The notes under the pieces: generated by a model | Database searches by the model: none | Seen by the model: only the letters and a program-made list of their open reading frames with translations | Told to the model about the DNA's origin: nothing | Origin: an uncultured Chloroflexia bacterium | GTDB lineage: Bacteria; Chloroflexota; Limnocylindria; Limnocylindrales; CSP1-4 | DNA length: 64,000 nt | Assembly (NCBI GenBank): GCA_963746845.1 | Contig: CAVVCZ010000006.1 | Span: 419,187 to 483,186, forward strand | Direction: 5' to 3' | Position numbers and translations under genes: made by a program | In this document: piece after piece, positions 1-13,158 of the stretch | Position numbering within the stretch: position 1 is the first letter of the stretch | How the letters are laid out: every line of letters begins with the position of its first letter

Positions 1-2
1 GC

Positions 3-1070
3 TGGGACGCCGGGCTCCCGTCGTACGCAGACGGGGTCGAGGTCGCCACCCGCAACGCCAGCCAGGACGTGATCCAGGCGCTCGCGCAACCGCTCCCGCG
101 GCTCTTCGGGGGCGCCGCGGACCTGTCGGAGTCCAACCTGACCGACGTCAAGGGCGAGGGCTCGTTCGAGGCGGACTCGCCCGGGCGGAACCTCCGGTTC
201 GGCGTCCGCGAGCACGCGATGGGCGGGATCGCCAACGGGATCGCCTACCACGGCGGGTTCATCCCGTACGTCGCGACGTTCCTGACGTTCAGCGACTACA
301 TGCGCGGGTCGGTCCGGCTCGCGGCGCTCAGCGGACTCCAGGTGATCTACGTCTGGACCCACGACTCGGTGGGCCTCGGCGAGGACGGGCCGACCCACCA
401 GCCGGTCGAGCACTATGCCGCCCTCCGGGCGATCCCGAACCTGTGGTTCGTTCGCCCGGGCGACGCCAACGAGACGGCGGCCGCATGGGCGCTCGCGATC
501 GAACGAGGGCTGGACGATCCGTCGGGGCCGATCGCGCTCTCGCTGACCCGCCAGAAGCTTCCGACGCTCGCGGGCACGGACGAGGGGGCCCGCGACGGGC
601 TGCGTCGCGGCGGCTACGTGCTGCGGGAGGCAGCGGGCCGGTCGCCCCGGATCATCCTCATCGGGACGGGCTCGGAGCTGCAGCTCGCGTTCGGTGCGGC
701 CGAGGCGCTCGAGGCCGACGGCATCGCGGCCCGCGTCGTGTCCCTCCCGTGCTGGGAGCGGTTCGAGGCGCAGGACGCCGCCTACCGCGAGTCCGTCCTG
801 CCACGCGCGGTCCGGGCCCGGGTGGCCGTGGAGGCGGGGGTCTCGCTCGGCTGGGATCGCTGGGTCGGTGACGAGGGAGCGATCGTCGGGCTCGACCATT
901 TCGGCGCGAGCGCCCCGGCGGGCACGATCTTCGAGAAGTTCGGGTTCACGGTCGATCGCGTCGTCTCCGTTGCCCGCGGCGTCCTCGATGGCTCGGTCCG
1001 CGGGCCGCAGCCCACGCTCGAGCCCGGACATCTGCCTGCGCCGCGCGGCGGCCATCCGGGCCACGGCTGA
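3..1070 (+). CDS. tkt: Transketolase, C-terminal part (5' end outside window)
   Basis: Motifs [35 protein letters not shown]. Frame is open back to the window start. Confidence 0.95.
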   Translation, partial: WDAGLPSYADGVEVATRNASQDVIQALAQPLPRLFGGAADLSESNLTDVKGEGSFEADSPGRNLRFGVREHAMGGIANGIAYHGGFIPYVATFLTFSDYMRGSVRLAALSGLQVIYVWTHDSVGLGEDGPTHQPVEHYAALRAIPNLWFVRPGDANETAAAWALAIERGLDDPSGPIALSLTRQKLPTLAGTDEGARDGLRRGGYVLREAAGRSPRIILIGTGSELQLAFGAAEALEADGIAARVVSLPCWERFEAQDAAYRESVLPRAVRARVAVEAGVSLGWDRWVGDEGAIVGLDHFGASAPAGTIFEKFGFTVDRVVSVARGVLDGSVRGPQPTLEPGHLPAPRGGHPGHG

Positions 1071-1080
1071 GCGCGGCCCG

Positions 1081-1539
1081 ATGCGCGTTGCATTCGCCGC
1101 GGACCATGCCGGTGCCGCGCTCAAGGACGAGATGCGTCGTCGCCTGGAGGCAGCCGGTCTCGGCCACGAGTCGATCGACCTCGGCGGCGACGGGTCGGAC
1201 CCGAACGATGACTATCCGGACTTCGCCGCCCGACTCGGCTACGCCGTCCGGGACGGCGAGGCGGATCGGGGCATCCTGATCTGCGGCTCGGGCGTCGGCG
1301 CGAGCGTCGCGGCCAACAAGATCCGCGGCGTGCGAACCGCCGTCTGCCACGACACCTACTCCGCCCACCAGGGCGTCGAGCACGACGACATGAACGTGCT
1401 GACGCTCGGCTCCCGGGTGATCGGGCCGGAACCCGCCTGGGAGTGCGTCGTCGCCTTCCTCGGCGCGACGTTCAGTGGCGAGCCGCGCCATCAGCGCCGA
1501 CTGGACAAGGTCCTCGCCATCGAAGCGGCGGAACGCTGA
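1081..1539 (+). CDS. rpiB: Ribose-5-phosphate isomerase B
   Basis: [43 protein letters not shown] at 1081. Confidence 0.95.
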   Translation: MRVAFAADHAGAALKDEMRRRLEAAGLGHESIDLGGDGSDPNDDYPDFAARLGYAVRDGEADRGILICGSGVGASVAANKIRGVRTAVCHDTYSAHQGVEHDDMNVLTLGSRVIGPEPAWECVVAFLGATFSGEPRHQRRLDKVLAIEAAER

Positions 1540-2939
1540 CGGCCGCCGGTCCGGCCGACCTCTGGGTGGCGTCGGCGTCCGACCTCGCCCACCGGATCCG
1601 ATCGGGCGAGGTCGCGTCGGTCGAGGTCGTCGAGGCGTGCCTGGACCGGATTGCTGCAGTCAACCCGTCGATCAACGCGGTCGTTGCGCTCGCCGACGAC
1701 GCCCTGGATCGCGCCCGAGGCGCGGACGCCAGGCTGGCGGCCGGCGAGACGGATGGCCCGCTCCACGGCGTCCCGTTCACGATCAAGGACTCGCTGGACA
1801 CGGCCGGCGTCGTTACGACGGCGGGCACGATCGGGTGGCGCGACCGGATCCCCGAGCGCGATGCGACGGTCGTGGCTCGCCTCCGCGCCGCGGGCGGGAT
1901 CCTGCTCGGCAAGACGAACACGCCGGAGTTCACCTGGTCGGACGAGACCGACAACGACGTGTACGGCCGGACGTCGAACCCGTACGACCTCGAGCGCACG
2001 CCGGGCGGCAGCTCGGGCGGCGCGGCCGCGATCGTCGCGGCGGGTGGGTCGCCGTTCGACATCGGCAGCGACACGGGCGACAGCATCCGCCAGCCGGCCC
2101 ACGTCTGCGGGATCGCGGGGATCAAGCCGACCCAGGGCCGCGTCCCGCGGACCGGCCACTGGCCCGGGTTCGCCGGGATCGTCGCCGGTCTCCAGCAGCT
2201 TGGGCCGCTCGCCCGGCGCGTCGATGACCTCGCCCTGATCCTGCCGATCATCGCCGGCCCCGACGGCGTGGACCCGCACGTCGCCCCCGCCCCGCTCGGC
2301 GATCCCGGCGCGGTCGACGTCGGCGCGCTGCGGGTCGTCGCCTTCACGGACAACGGCATCCGGACCCCGACGCCCGACACCGTCCGGGCCGTCGAGGCGG
2401 CCGTCGCTGCGGTCGCGAACACCGGCGCGGTCATCGAGTGGGAGGTGCCGCCGGGTCTCGACGAGGCCTGGGAGGCCTGGGACCGGCTGATCCGGAGCGA
2501 CGGCTTCGGCTGGCTCCGGCGGCTGATCGCCGAGGCCGGCACGCCCGGCTGGGGGTCATACGCGACGCGCGGCTGGATCGACCCGGGGCCACCCGTGGCC
2601 GGTGACGAGCTGAGCGCGATCGTCGAGGGAGCGGACCGAGCTCGGTCCAGCCTGCTCCAGTGGTTCCAGCGGGCCGACCTGATCATCTGCCCGGCCATGC
2701 CCCAGCCGGCGATCCGCCACGGCGAGAGCACGGCGGCGTGGTTCGACGACACCTACAGCGACGTCCACAACCTGACCGGCTGGCCGGCGGCCGTCGTCCG
2801 CGGCGGGACGTCGACCGATGACCCGCCGCTGCCGATCGGCGTCCAGCTCGTCGCCCGCCCGTGGCGGGAGGACGTGGCGCTCGCGGCGGCGCGGGTCGTC
2901 GAGGCGGCATCGGGCGGGTGGCGACCGCCGCCGATCTGA
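1536..2939 (+). CDS. Amidase signature family protein
   Basis: [31 protein letters not shown] (Ser-cisSer-Lys family). Start is uncertain (CTG overlapping the rpiB stop, or GTG at 1566). Confidence 0.85.
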   Translation: MTAAGPADLWVASASDLAHRIRSGEVASVEVVEACLDRIAAVNPSINAVVALADDALDRARGADARLAAGETDGPLHGVPFTIKDSLDTAGVVTTAGTIGWRDRIPERDATVVARLRAAGGILLGKTNTPEFTWSDETDNDVYGRTSNPYDLERTPGGSSGGAAAIVAAGGSPFDIGSDTGDSIRQPAHVCGIAGIKPTQGRVPRTGHWPGFAGIVAGLQQLGPLARRVDDLALILPIIAGPDGVDPHVAPAPLGDPGAVDVGALRVVAFTDNGIRTPTPDTVRAVEAAVAAVANTGAVIEWEVPPGLDEAWEAWDRLIRSDGFGWLRRLIAEAGTPGWGSYATRGWIDPGPPVAGDELSAIVEGADRARSSLLQWFQRADLIICPAMPQPAIRHGESTAAWFDDTYSDVHNLTGWPAAVVRGGTSTDDPPLPIGVQLVARPWREDVALAAARVVEAASGGWRPPPI

Positions 2940-3039
2940 GCCGGCGGCCGGCACACCGGCCGGCACCACCTGCCGGAACGCCCTGTTCATCGAGTCGCAA
3001 TGCCCAACACGGCGTGTCCGGACTACCATGCGAGGACCG

Positions 3040-4824
3040 ATGACCAATTCCGCCGCTTCTCCGTCGATCGCGCCGATTCGCCTGACCCTCGGGGCGGGCG
3101 AGGCGGCCTACGACGAGGCCGTGCGCCAGGCCCGTGACGAGCACTGGGCGAAGCGCCTGTTCGACCGCGACGCGTCGCTCTGGTCATCGAATGAGCGCGT
3201 CCAGGCCGCGATCGGGGATCGGCTCGGCTGGCTCGACAGCCCGGCCCACTTCACGGACCAGATCGGGGCGCTCGAGGGGTTCGGCGAGGGGATCCGCGAT
3301 TCCGGGTTCACGACCGCGATCGTCGCCGGCATGGGCGGGAGCAGCCTCGCTCCCGAGGTCCTCCGCGAGGTCTTCGGCAAGCTGGACGACTGGCTCGACC
3401 TGCGCGTCCTCGACACGACCGACCCGGCGGGCGTCGCCGCGACCGTCGACGACCTCGATCCGCTCGCGACCCTCTGGATCGTCGCGACGAAGTCCGGGAC
3501 CACGACGGAGCCACTCGCCTTCCTCGCCGACTTCTGGGAGCGCGGAGAGCACGCACTGCGTGCCCGCGGTGCGAAGCGTTTCGAGCACGCCGGCGAGCTG
3601 GCGATCGCGATCACCGACCCGGGCCCGAGCGTCGAGGCGATCCCCCATCACGACGACTTCCGCGAGGTCTTCCTCAACCCACCGGACATCGGCGGGCGGT
3701 ACTCCGCGCTGAGCTACGTCGGGCTCGTGCCGGCCAGCCTGCTCGGCATCGACCTGGACCCGCTCCTCGAGTCCGCCCGGGCCATGGAGGACGCCTGCCG
3801 CGACGACGACCCGGAGACGAACCCCGGCGTGTCGCTCGGCCTGGCGTTCGGGACGCTCGCGAAGAACGGCCGCGACAAGCTGACGTTCGTGGCGGACCCG
3901 TCGCTCGAGGCCTTCGGCTCGTGGGTGGAGCAGCTGATCGCCGAGTCCACGGGCAAGCGTGGGGTCGGGATCGTCCCGATCGATCGCGAGCCGCTCGGCG
4001 ACATCGCCGCGTACGGCAACGACCGGGTCTTCGTCCGGCTGGCGCTCGCGCCGCTCGAGGGCGAGACGCCGTACGCCGCAGGTGATGCCTTCGTTGCCGC
4101 GGCCGCGGTCGCGGGCCACCCGGTCATCCGGATCGACGTCGGCGACCCGATCGACCTCGGCGCCGAGGCGTTCCGCTGGGAGGTCGCCACCGCGGTGGCG
4201 GGCGCCGTGATCGGGATCGACCCGTTCGACCAGCCGAACGTCGAGGAGGCCAAGGAGCTCACGCGGCACGTCCTCGCGGCGGCCTCGTCCGGCCAGCAGC
4301 CGGCCGCCCCGCCGCCGCCGATCGTCGTCGACGACGCCGCGGGCCTGACCCTCCACGGCGACGCCCCGATGCGCCTCACCGCGGGCGATGGGACGCTCGT
4401 CGGCGAGCTGGCCCGCCACCTCGCCCGGCGCAAGCCCAACGCCTATCTCGCCCTCCAGGCGTTCATCGCCCCGTCGGCGACGTCGAGCGCCTCGATGGCC
4501 CGGATCCGGGCGCTGCTCCGGGACACGACCCACTGCGCGACGACCGCCGGGTACGGCCCGCGCTTCCTGCACTCGACCGGTCAGCTCCACAAGGGCGGTG
4601 CCCCGATCGGGTGGTTCCTTCAGCTCACGGCGGACCATCCCGTCGATCGGCCGATCCCCGGCTGGCCGTACACGTTCGGCCGGCTCATCGACGCCCAGGC
4701 CGAGGGCGACTTCGCGGCGATCGAGGCCCACGACCTGCCGATCCTCCGCGTCCACCTCGCCGATCCGGAGCGTGGCCTGGCCGCGCTCGAGTCAGCCCTG
4801 CGCGAGGCGCTCGCCGGGGGCTGA
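3040..4824 (+). CDS. pgi: Glucose-6-phosphate isomerase (like the PGI domain of Tal-Pgi bifunctional enzymes)
   Basis: GMGGSSL, TKSGTTTE, IGGRYSALS, QLIAESTGK, PFDQPNVE, GPRFLHSTGQLHKGG. Confidence 0.88.
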   Translation: MTNSAASPSIAPIRLTLGAGEAAYDEAVRQARDEHWAKRLFDRDASLWSSNERVQAAIGDRLGWLDSPAHFTDQIGALEGFGEGIRDSGFTTAIVAGMGGSSLAPEVLREVFGKLDDWLDLRVLDTTDPAGVAATVDDLDPLATLWIVATKSGTTTEPLAFLADFWERGEHALRARGAKRFEHAGELAIAITDPGPSVEAIPHHDDFREVFLNPPDIGGRYSALSYVGLVPASLLGIDLDPLLESARAMEDACRDDDPETNPGVSLGLAFGTLAKNGRDKLTFVADPSLEAFGSWVEQLIAESTGKRGVGIVPIDREPLGDIAAYGNDRVFVRLALAPLEGETPYAAGDAFVAAAAVAGHPVIRIDVGDPIDLGAEAFRWEVATAVAGAVIGIDPFDQPNVEEAKELTRHVLAAASSGQQPAAPPPPIVVDDAAGLTLHGDAPMRLTAGDGTLVGELARHLARRKPNAYLALQAFIAPSATSSASMARIRALLRDTTHCATTAGYGPRFLHSTGQLHKGGAPIGWFLQLTADHPVDRPIPGWPYTFGRLIDAQAEGDFAAIEAHDLPILRVHLADPERGLAALESALREALAGG

Positions 4825-4884
4825 AGGTCAGGGTCACGCCACGCCGGCCGCCGCCGGCCCGACACGACAGGGAGGCGCATCGCA

Positions 4885-5784
4885 ATGCGGATCGGGTTCG
4901 TCGGTCTCGGGCGGATGGGCGCCAACATGGTCCGTCGGCTCGTGCGGGACGGCCACGAGGTCGTGGCGTACAACCGGACACCGGAGAAGACGAAGGAGAT
5001 CGAGGGTGAGGGCGCGATCGCGTCGTACTCGATCGCCGAGCTCGTCTCGAAGCTCGAGAAGCCGCGCGCGGTCTGGGTGATGGTCCCGGCCGGCGACGCG
5101 ACCGAGGCCCAGATCGCGGAGCTGATGGAGCACCTCGAGCCGGGCGACACGATCATCGACGGCGGGAACACGAACTTCCACGACGACCAGCGCCGCCACG
5201 GGGAGCTGGCCGCGAAGGGCGTCCACTACGTCGACGCCGGGACGTCCGGCGGGATCTGGGGGCTCCAGGTCGGGTACTGCCTCATGGTCGGCGGCGAGCC
5301 CGACGCCGTCACGCCGCTCGAGCCGATCTTCGGGACGCTCGCGCCGAAGGACGGCTACCTCCACGTCGGCGGGCCCGGAGCCGGGCACTACGTGAAGATG
5401 GTCCACAACGGGATCGAGTACGGGCTGATGCAGGCCTACGCCGAGGGCTTCGAGATCATGCATGCCTCGTCGTACCAGCTCGACCTGGCGGCGATCTCGG
5501 AGCTGTGGATGCAGGGCTCCGTCGTCCGGTCGTGGCTGCTGGAGCTCGCGGGCAGGGCGTTCCGGGCGAACGGCCAGGACCTGACCCACCTCCAGGGCTA
5601 CGTCGAGGATTCGGGGGAGGGCCGCTGGACCGTCCAGGAGGCGATCGACCACGACGTCCCGGCACCGGTCATCACGCTGTCGCTCCTGACCCGGTTCCGG
5701 TCGCGCCAGTCCGACTCCTATGGCGCGAAGGTGCTGGCGGCGCTGCGCAACGAGTTCGGTGGTCATGCGGTCAGGACCGAGTGA
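4885..5784 (+). CDS. gnd: 6-phosphogluconate dehydrogenase, decarboxylating (short type)
   Basis: GLGRMG, IDGGN, DAGTSGG, VKMVHNGIEYG, DSGEGRWT, RNEFGGH. GGAGG RBS upstream. Confidence 0.95.
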   Translation: MRIGFVGLGRMGANMVRRLVRDGHEVVAYNRTPEKTKEIEGEGAIASYSIAELVSKLEKPRAVWVMVPAGDATEAQIAELMEHLEPGDTIIDGGNTNFHDDQRRHGELAAKGVHYVDAGTSGGIWGLQVGYCLMVGGEPDAVTPLEPIFGTLAPKDGYLHVGGPGAGHYVKMVHNGIEYGLMQAYAEGFEIMHASSYQLDLAAISELWMQGSVVRSWLLELAGRAFRANGQDLTHLQGYVEDSGEGRWTVQEAIDHDVPAPVITLSLLTRFRSRQSDSYGAKVLAALRNEFGGHAVRTE

Positions 5785-5814
5785 CCGCGGCGCGATGAGC
5801 GCGACCCGCCGGCC

Positions 5815-7524
<1,710 letters not shown>

Positions 7525-7543
7525 TGACCCCGGGGATCCGACC

Positions 7544-8810
7544 ATGAGCCTCGTCATGGGCGGTCTCGTCGCCGTGCCCGCAGGGCGCACGCCCGAACGA
7601 GCCTGTGCTGCGCTGGCGATCGCGCGCCCACAGCATCGAGGAGGTCGAGACCGAGCTCGCCCGGATCTGGTCCGAGATCAGCTTCACGGTCGATGCCGAC
7701 GGAGACGGCGTCCGGGAGGAGCGCCACGTCGGGGCGCGGACGAGCGTGATGAACCTCGTCGTGATCGCCGGCCGGCCGGAGGTCGGCGAGCGCTGTGCGG
7801 CGATCATCCAGAAGCTCACGGGCCGCCATCCGTCCCGGACCACGATCGTCCAGCCCGCCGACCCGGACGGCCCGTCGTGGCTCGACGCCCACATCGTCGC
7901 CCACTGCGTCATGCCGCGGGTCGACGCTCCGGAGACCTGCGCGGAGACCATCCACCTGACGTGCGGCGGCGAGGCCGGCCGACACCTCGACGCCATCGTC
8001 GCACCGCTCCTGATCCACGACCTGCCGGTGACGGTGTGGTGGCCGGACGAGCCGCCGTTCGCGAGCCCGAAGGCGAACGATCTCTTCGCGATGGCCGACC
8101 GGCTCGTCGTCGACGGATCGGGCTGGCACGGCACCGGCCTGACCCAGCTTCGCCGGATGGCCGGGATGGCCGAGCGGCTGCCGATCGCGATCTCCGACTT
8201 CGCGCTCGTCCGGCAGTCCCGCTGGCGGGAGGCGATCGCGGCGATCTTCGACATCCCGGACTTCCTGCCGTACCTCCGGCACCTCCGCCGGATCGCGGTG
8301 ACGTACGGCGTCCGCGACGAGTTCGGCGCGGAGTCGACGAACATCGTGAAGCCGCTCTACCACGCGGCCTGGATCGGGTCGCGGCTCGGGATGCACGTCG
8401 TCAAGCCGCTCGGGGCGACGACCGGCGGGCCGAAGCGGCCGGCGGGTCGCTCCACGACTCTCGCGAACCCGAGCGCCGGGCTCGGCGCGACGCTCCGCCT
8501 GGACCGGACGGACGTCGCGGTCGTCATCCGCCCGGTGCTGTCCGAGATGCCGCCCGGCACGACCCTCCGCGTCGAGCTGCTCGCCGACTGGCGCGGCTCG
8601 GAGCTCCGTGCCGACGTCACCGCCGAGCAGGAGGCCGTCCACGTCCGGGTCTGGCAGGATGGGGTCCACTGCCTCGAGCGCGGGTTCACCGCCCCGCGCC
8701 GGAACGACATCGACCTGCTCGCCGAGGCGATCGAGGCGGGCGGGCGCGATCCGGTCGCGATGGGCGCGCTGGCGCTGGCGGCAAGGCTGGCCGGCGGGGT
8801 CGGCGAGTGA
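7544..8810 (+). CDS. opcA: Glucose-6-phosphate dehydrogenase assembly protein OpcA
   Basis: Directly after zwf; HPSR, PLLIHDLPVTVWW, DRLVVD and ISDF motifs. The ORF from 7605 is intact; the true 5' end probably lies at 7544 with a 1-nt indel near 7583. Confidence 0.85.
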
Positions 8811-8865
8811 TCGAGATCCGGATCGGTCGAACGACCGTCACCGAGAGGCCCGGAGGGACCGCCCG

Positions 8866-9693
8866 ATGAGCGAGCCGACCGTCGTCACCCTGGCCGACCC
8901 GGAGGCGTGCTCGCTCGCGGCCGCGGAGCGGATCGTCGAGATCCTCGACGTCGCGATCGACGACCGGGGCGAGGCCCACTGGGTCACGACCGGCGGGTCC
9001 GCCCCGGGCGGCATCTACCGCCACCTCGCGTCCTCGCCGCTGCGCACGGAGATCGACTGGCGAAAGGTCCGGCTGTGGTGGACCGACGACCGGTTCGTCC
9101 CGATCGATCACCCGCTCTCGAACGCGAAGCTGGCCTACGACCTGCTGCTCGACTACGCGGCGTTCACCGGGGAATCCGGGACGGGATCGTCGGGGATCGA
9201 CGTGGAGGCGGGTCGCGCCGCCGGGGTCCCGATTCGCACGGACGACGTCCACCCGTTCCCGGTCGGTGCCGCGATCGGCGAGGGTCGCGACACGCACTGG
9301 TGCGCCGCCCGGTATGTCGAACAGCTCCGAGCCGACGGACCGGAGGAGAACGACGACGGGCTGCCCGCCTTCGACCTGATCCTGCTCGGCATCGGGCCGG
9401 ACGGCCACATCCTGTCGGTGTTCCCGGAGTCGGAGGCGTTCGACGACCGGGCGTGGGCGCTGGGCGTGCCGGCACCGACGCACGTCGAGCCGCATGTCGC
9501 CCGGGTCACGCTGAACCCGAAGCTCGTGCCGGCGGCGCACGAGATCCTCGTCGTGGCGACCGGCGCCGAGAAGGCCGACATCCTGTTCGACATCCTGCGG
9601 TCGCCGGTGGAGCCGCGGCGACTGCCCGCCCAGCTGGCTCGTCGCGCCGGCGCGACCTGGATGCTCGATCGGGCCGCGGCCGCCCGACTGTGA
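8866..9693 (+). CDS. pgl: 6-phosphogluconolactonase
   Basis: TGGSAP, DDRFVP..HPLSN, LLGIGPDGH, RVTL, TGAEKA. Last gene of the zwf operon core. Confidence 0.92.
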   Translation: MSEPTVVTLADPEACSLAAAERIVEILDVAIDDRGEAHWVTTGGSAPGGIYRHLASSPLRTEIDWRKVRLWWTDDRFVPIDHPLSNAKLAYDLLLDYAAFTGESGTGSSGIDVEAGRAAGVPIRTDDVHPFPVGAAIGEGRDTHWCAARYVEQLRADGPEENDDGLPAFDLILLGIGPDGHILSVFPESEAFDDRAWALGVPAPTHVEPHVARVTLNPKLVPAAHEILVVATGAEKADILFDILRSPVEPRRLPAQLARRAGATWMLDRAAAARL

Positions 9694-10166
9694 CGCACGG
9701 GTCCGACCCGTCGCGGGTCGCGATCCGGCCGGCCACGGCCGGGGATGCTGCAGCCATCTCGGACGTCTTCCTCGCATCGTTCCACGCGACCTACGACTTC
9801 CCGCTCGCGCACACGGACGATCAGGTCCGGGCGTGGATCGCCGATGCCGTGGTTCCCACCGGTGACACGTGGGTCGCCGTCGACGGCGACGTGGTCGTCG
9901 GGCTGATGGTCGTCGGCGGTGGAGACCTCGACCAGCTGTACGTCGCGCCGGACCGGCTCGGCGAGGGGATCGGCCGGCGCCTGCTCGACCTCGCGAAGGA
10001 GCGCTGGCCCGGCGGGCTCCGCCTCTACACGTTCCAGGTCAACGAGCGGGCCCGCCGGTTCTACGAGCGCAACGGGTTCGCCGCCGACTGGTTCGGCGAC
10101 GGGTCGGCCAACGAGGAGGGCCAGCCGGACGTCCGCTATGTCTGGTCGCCAGTGGACCGCGCATGA
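9690..10166 (+). CDS. GNAT family N-acetyltransferase
   Basis: IRPATAGD, LYVAPDRLGEGIGRRLL, NERARRFYERNGF. GTGA overlap with pgl. Confidence 0.85.
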   Translation: MTHGSDPSRVAIRPATAGDAAAISDVFLASFHATYDFPLAHTDDQVRAWIADAVVPTGDTWVAVDGDVVVGLMVVGGGDLDQLYVAPDRLGEGIGRRLLDLAKERWPGGLRLYTFQVNERARRFYERNGFAADWFGDGSANEEGQPDVRYVWSPVDRA

Positions 10167-11062
10167 CGTTCGAGCCGGGCGCCGAACGCGCGCCCTCGCG
10201 CCTCGTCCCGTCCCCGGACGGCGTCCAGATCGCGGTCTTCACGTCCGGAACCGGGCCGCCCCTCGTCCTCGTCCACGGCGCCACGGCCGACCACACGACC
10301 TGGCGCACGTCCGGGCCCTTGCTCGGAGGGCGCCATGCCCTCCACGCGATCGATCGCCGCGGCCGGGGCGGGTCCGGGGACGGACCGCCGGGCGAGCCGT
10401 ACGCGATCGAGCGCGAGTTCGACGACCTGGCGGCCGTCGTCGAGGCGATCGCGGCCGCGACCGGCGAGCCGGTCGACGTCGTCGGGCACTCGTACGGCGG
10501 CCGCATCGGGCTCGGCGCGGCGCTCCGGACGGACCACCTCCGCCGCCTCGTCGTGTACGAGGGTGCGCCGCCGGCGCCGGACGGAGCCGGCTACCAGGAC
10601 GCCGACGCGGCCACGCTGCGACGGGTCGAGACGCTCGTCGCCGCGGGCGATCGCGACGAGGCGCTCGCGACCTTCATGCGCGAGATCGTGGGAATGCCGG
10701 CGGCGGAGCTCGCGGGCTTCCGGGCGAACCCGATCTGGGCGCGTCGCGCGGGAGCAGTCGACACGACGATCCGCGAGCTGCGCGCCGAGACGAGCCCGGC
10801 GGGCTCGCTCGCCGCCCTGGGGGCCGTGCGCCAGCCGGTGCTCCAGATCCTCGGAAGCGCCAGCGCGGCCCCGTTCGCGGAGGCGACGTGGGCGCTGAAC
10901 GGGCAGCTGCGGAACGGCCGCGTCGTCACGATCGAGGGCGCACGGCATGCGGCCCACCACACCCATGCCGCCGCGTTCGCGGACGCCGTCGAGGCCTTCC
11001 TGGCGTCCCGTTCATCGGCGAGACGGCGCGTCGAGCGCCCGACGGATACCATCGACCCATGA
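10163..11062 (+). CDS. Alpha/beta fold hydrolase
   Basis: LVLVHG, DRRGRGGS, GHSYGG nucleophile elbow, C-terminal His. ATGA overlap with the upstream gene. Confidence 0.85.
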   Translation: MTFEPGAERAPSRLVPSPDGVQIAVFTSGTGPPLVLVHGATADHTTWRTSGPLLGGRHALHAIDRRGRGGSGDGPPGEPYAIEREFDDLAAVVEAIAAATGEPVDVVGHSYGGRIGLGAALRTDHLRRLVVYEGAPPAPDGAGYQDADAATLRRVETLVAAGDRDEALATFMREIVGMPAAELAGFRANPIWARRAGAVDTTIRELRAETSPAGSLAALGAVRQPVLQILGSASAAPFAEATWALNGQLRNGRVVTIEGARHAAHHTHAAAFADAVEAFLASRSSARRRVERPTDTIDP

Positions 11063-12192
11063 CCGACGCCACCGCCGCGGCACCCGTGCCGGCGGCCACC
11101 CCCGATGAGCGCCCGTACTCCCCGGGCCTCGAGGGCGTCCTCGCCGGCGAGACGTCGCTGAGCAAGGTCGACGGGGCGAACGGCCGGTTGATCTACCGCG
11201 GCTATCGGATCGGCGATCTCGTCGAGCATGGTACGTATCACGCCGTCGCAAACCTCCTCTGGACCGGCGACTGGGATCCCCGCGCCCGCCTCAGCACCGC
11301 GCCCGTGCCGCACGCGGTGCTGACGGCGCTGCAGGCACTGCCGACGACGACCAAGCCGATGGACGCGCTTCGCACTGCGGTGTCGGCGTGGGGCGCGACG
11401 CAGGCGCTCGCGTATCCGCCGACGGTCGAGCAGGCTCGAGCTCTGACGGCCGCGTCCCCGTCCGCGCTCGCCGCGTTCGCCCGGATTCGGGAGGGCAAGG
11501 ATCCGATCGAGCCCGATCCGTCCCTCGATCTGGTCGAGGGCTTCCTCTATCAGCTCAAGGGCGAGCGCCCGGACGCCGGGACGGCCCGGGCCCTCGACGC
11601 CTATTTCATCGTCGGCGCCGAGCACGGCTTCAACGCCTCGACCTTCACGGCCCGCGTCGTGACCTCGACCCAATCGGATCTCGCGTCCGCGGTCTGCGCG
11701 GCGATCGGGACGATGAAGGGGCCGCTCCACGGTGGCGCACCGTCCGAGGTCGTGGACCAGCTCTCCCAGGTCGGCTCGGTCGAGAACGCAGAGAAGTGGC
11801 TGACCGAGGCGCTCGACCGCCACGAGCGACTGATGGGCTTCGGCCACCGTGTGTACCGCGCCTACGATCCGCGTGCCGCGGCCCTCCGCAAGGTCGCCGA
11901 GGGCATGGAGCACAAGCCCGACTGGCTCCAGCTGGCGATCCAGGTCGAGGACGTTGCGCTCCGATTGCTCGCTGAGCGCCATCCGGACCGGCCGCTGAAG
12001 ACGAACGTCGAGTACTACGCAGCGCCGGTGCTCATGGGCGTCGGCCTCACGCCGGACCTGTTCCCGGCGACGTTCTCGCTGGCCCGCCACGCGGGCTGGA
12101 CCGCCCACGCGCTCGAACAGGCCGCGAACAACCGCCTGATCCGCCCGGACGTCCGGTACGTGGGCCCCGCGGAGCGCGACCTGCCAGCCTGA
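11059..12192 (+). CDS. Citrate/2-methylcitrate synthase
   Basis: GLEGV, AEHGFNAST, GPLHGGA, LMGFGHRVY..DPRA, NVEYY, LIRP. Confidence 0.92.
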   Translation: MTDATAAAPVPAATPDERPYSPGLEGVLAGETSLSKVDGANGRLIYRGYRIGDLVEHGTYHAVANLLWTGDWDPRARLSTAPVPHAVLTALQALPTTTKPMDALRTAVSAWGATQALAYPPTVEQARALTAASPSALAAFARIREGKDPIEPDPSLDLVEGFLYQLKGERPDAGTARALDAYFIVGAEHGFNASTFTARVVTSTQSDLASAVCAAIGTMKGPLHGGAPSEVVDQLSQVGSVENAEKWLTEALDRHERLMGFGHRVYRAYDPRAAALRKVAEGMEHKPDWLQLAIQVEDVALRLLAERHPDRPLKTNVEYYAAPVLMGVGLTPDLFPATFSLARHAGWTAHALEQAANNRLIRPDVRYVGPAERDLPA

Positions 12193-12195
12193 CGT

Positions 12196-13155
12196 TCAGC
12201 TGGCGACGCCCCCGAGGAAGCCGTCGACCAGGCTCGCCACCCGGACGGGGTCGTCGAACCACGGCATATGGCCGGCGCCGTCAACCACGGCGAGCTCTCC
12301 CTGCGGCAGGACCTCAGACATTCGCCGCCATGTCGCGACGCCGCCGACCGGATCGGCCGTTCCGAAGATGTGCCGCGTCGGTGCATCGATCCTCGACAAG
12401 TCCGCGTCCTCGAACGGGAAGCCGTCGCGCCAGCGCGCTCCCCGGACGAGGCGGCGAACCATGTCGCGTTCATGCCGCATCGCGTGCGTGTCATTGGTCA
12501 GGGCCACCCGCCAGTCGATGAAGGTGTCGGGAATCCGGCCGTCGACGAGGCTCGGCCCGTGCCCGCTGTCGCGAAGGATCGACCGTGTCCGATCGGCGCT
12601 CACAGGCAACCGGACGATCAGGGCACCGAGGGGCGACGCAAGTAGCCGGATGAACGACGGCGGCGGAACGTCGGCGACGAGCGGCCCTCCGCCGAGCAGG
12701 ACAATCCGCTCAACCCTGGTCCGATGGTGCTCGGCCAGGCTCAGCGCCCAGACGTTGCCGATGGATCCACCGATCACCGAGGCTCGTTCGATCCCAAGGT
12801 CGTCGAGGACATCGCGCAGCAGATCGGCGGCGACGTGTCGGTAGTCCCGAGCATCGACGTCGAGCATGTCGCTCTGTCCCCAGCCCGGTCGCTCGAGGAC
12901 AATGAAGCGAGCGTTCCCCAGGGTCGAGATCAGCGACGGCCAGGAGCCCGGGCCCACCGTCCCGTGGACCAGGAGGACAGGGCTTCCTGAACCCACCTCG
13001 AGGACCCGGACGGTCGCGGCCGAACCGGAAAGTCGGACGAGTCGGGAGCTCGGACGCAGGCCGTATGAGGCCCAGAGAGCCTCGTCGACCTGGCCGAACC
13101 GACTGGCGGTTGATCGACTTGCGATCGATGCGACGTCGTCGACTGACATGTCCAC
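12196..13155 (-). CDS. Alpha/beta fold hydrolase-like protein
   Basis: LLVHG, ERPGWGQS, GGSIG, FGTADP, GAGHMPW. Confidence 0.8.
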   Translation of the reverse strand: MDMSVDDVASIASRSTASRFGQVDEALWASYGLRPSSRLVRLSGSAATVRVLEVGSGSPVLLVHGTVGPGSWPSLISTLGNARFIVLERPGWGQSDMLDVDARDYRHVAADLLRDVLDDLGIERASVIGGSIGNVWALSLAEHHRTRVERIVLLGGGPLVADVPPPSFIRLLASPLGALIVRLPVSADRTRSILRDSGHGPSLVDGRIPDTFIDWRVALTNDTHAMRHERDMVRRLVRGARWRDGFPFEDADLSRIDAPTRHIFGTADPVGGVATWRRMSEVLPQGELAVVDGAGHMPWFDDPVRVASLVDGFLGGVAS

Positions 13156-13158
13156 TTC

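Noticed and set aside
7545-7547. Sec recoding of the TGA ahead of opcA
   Set aside because: No SECIS-like hairpin at the right spacing and not a conserved Cys position; an indel explains it more simply.
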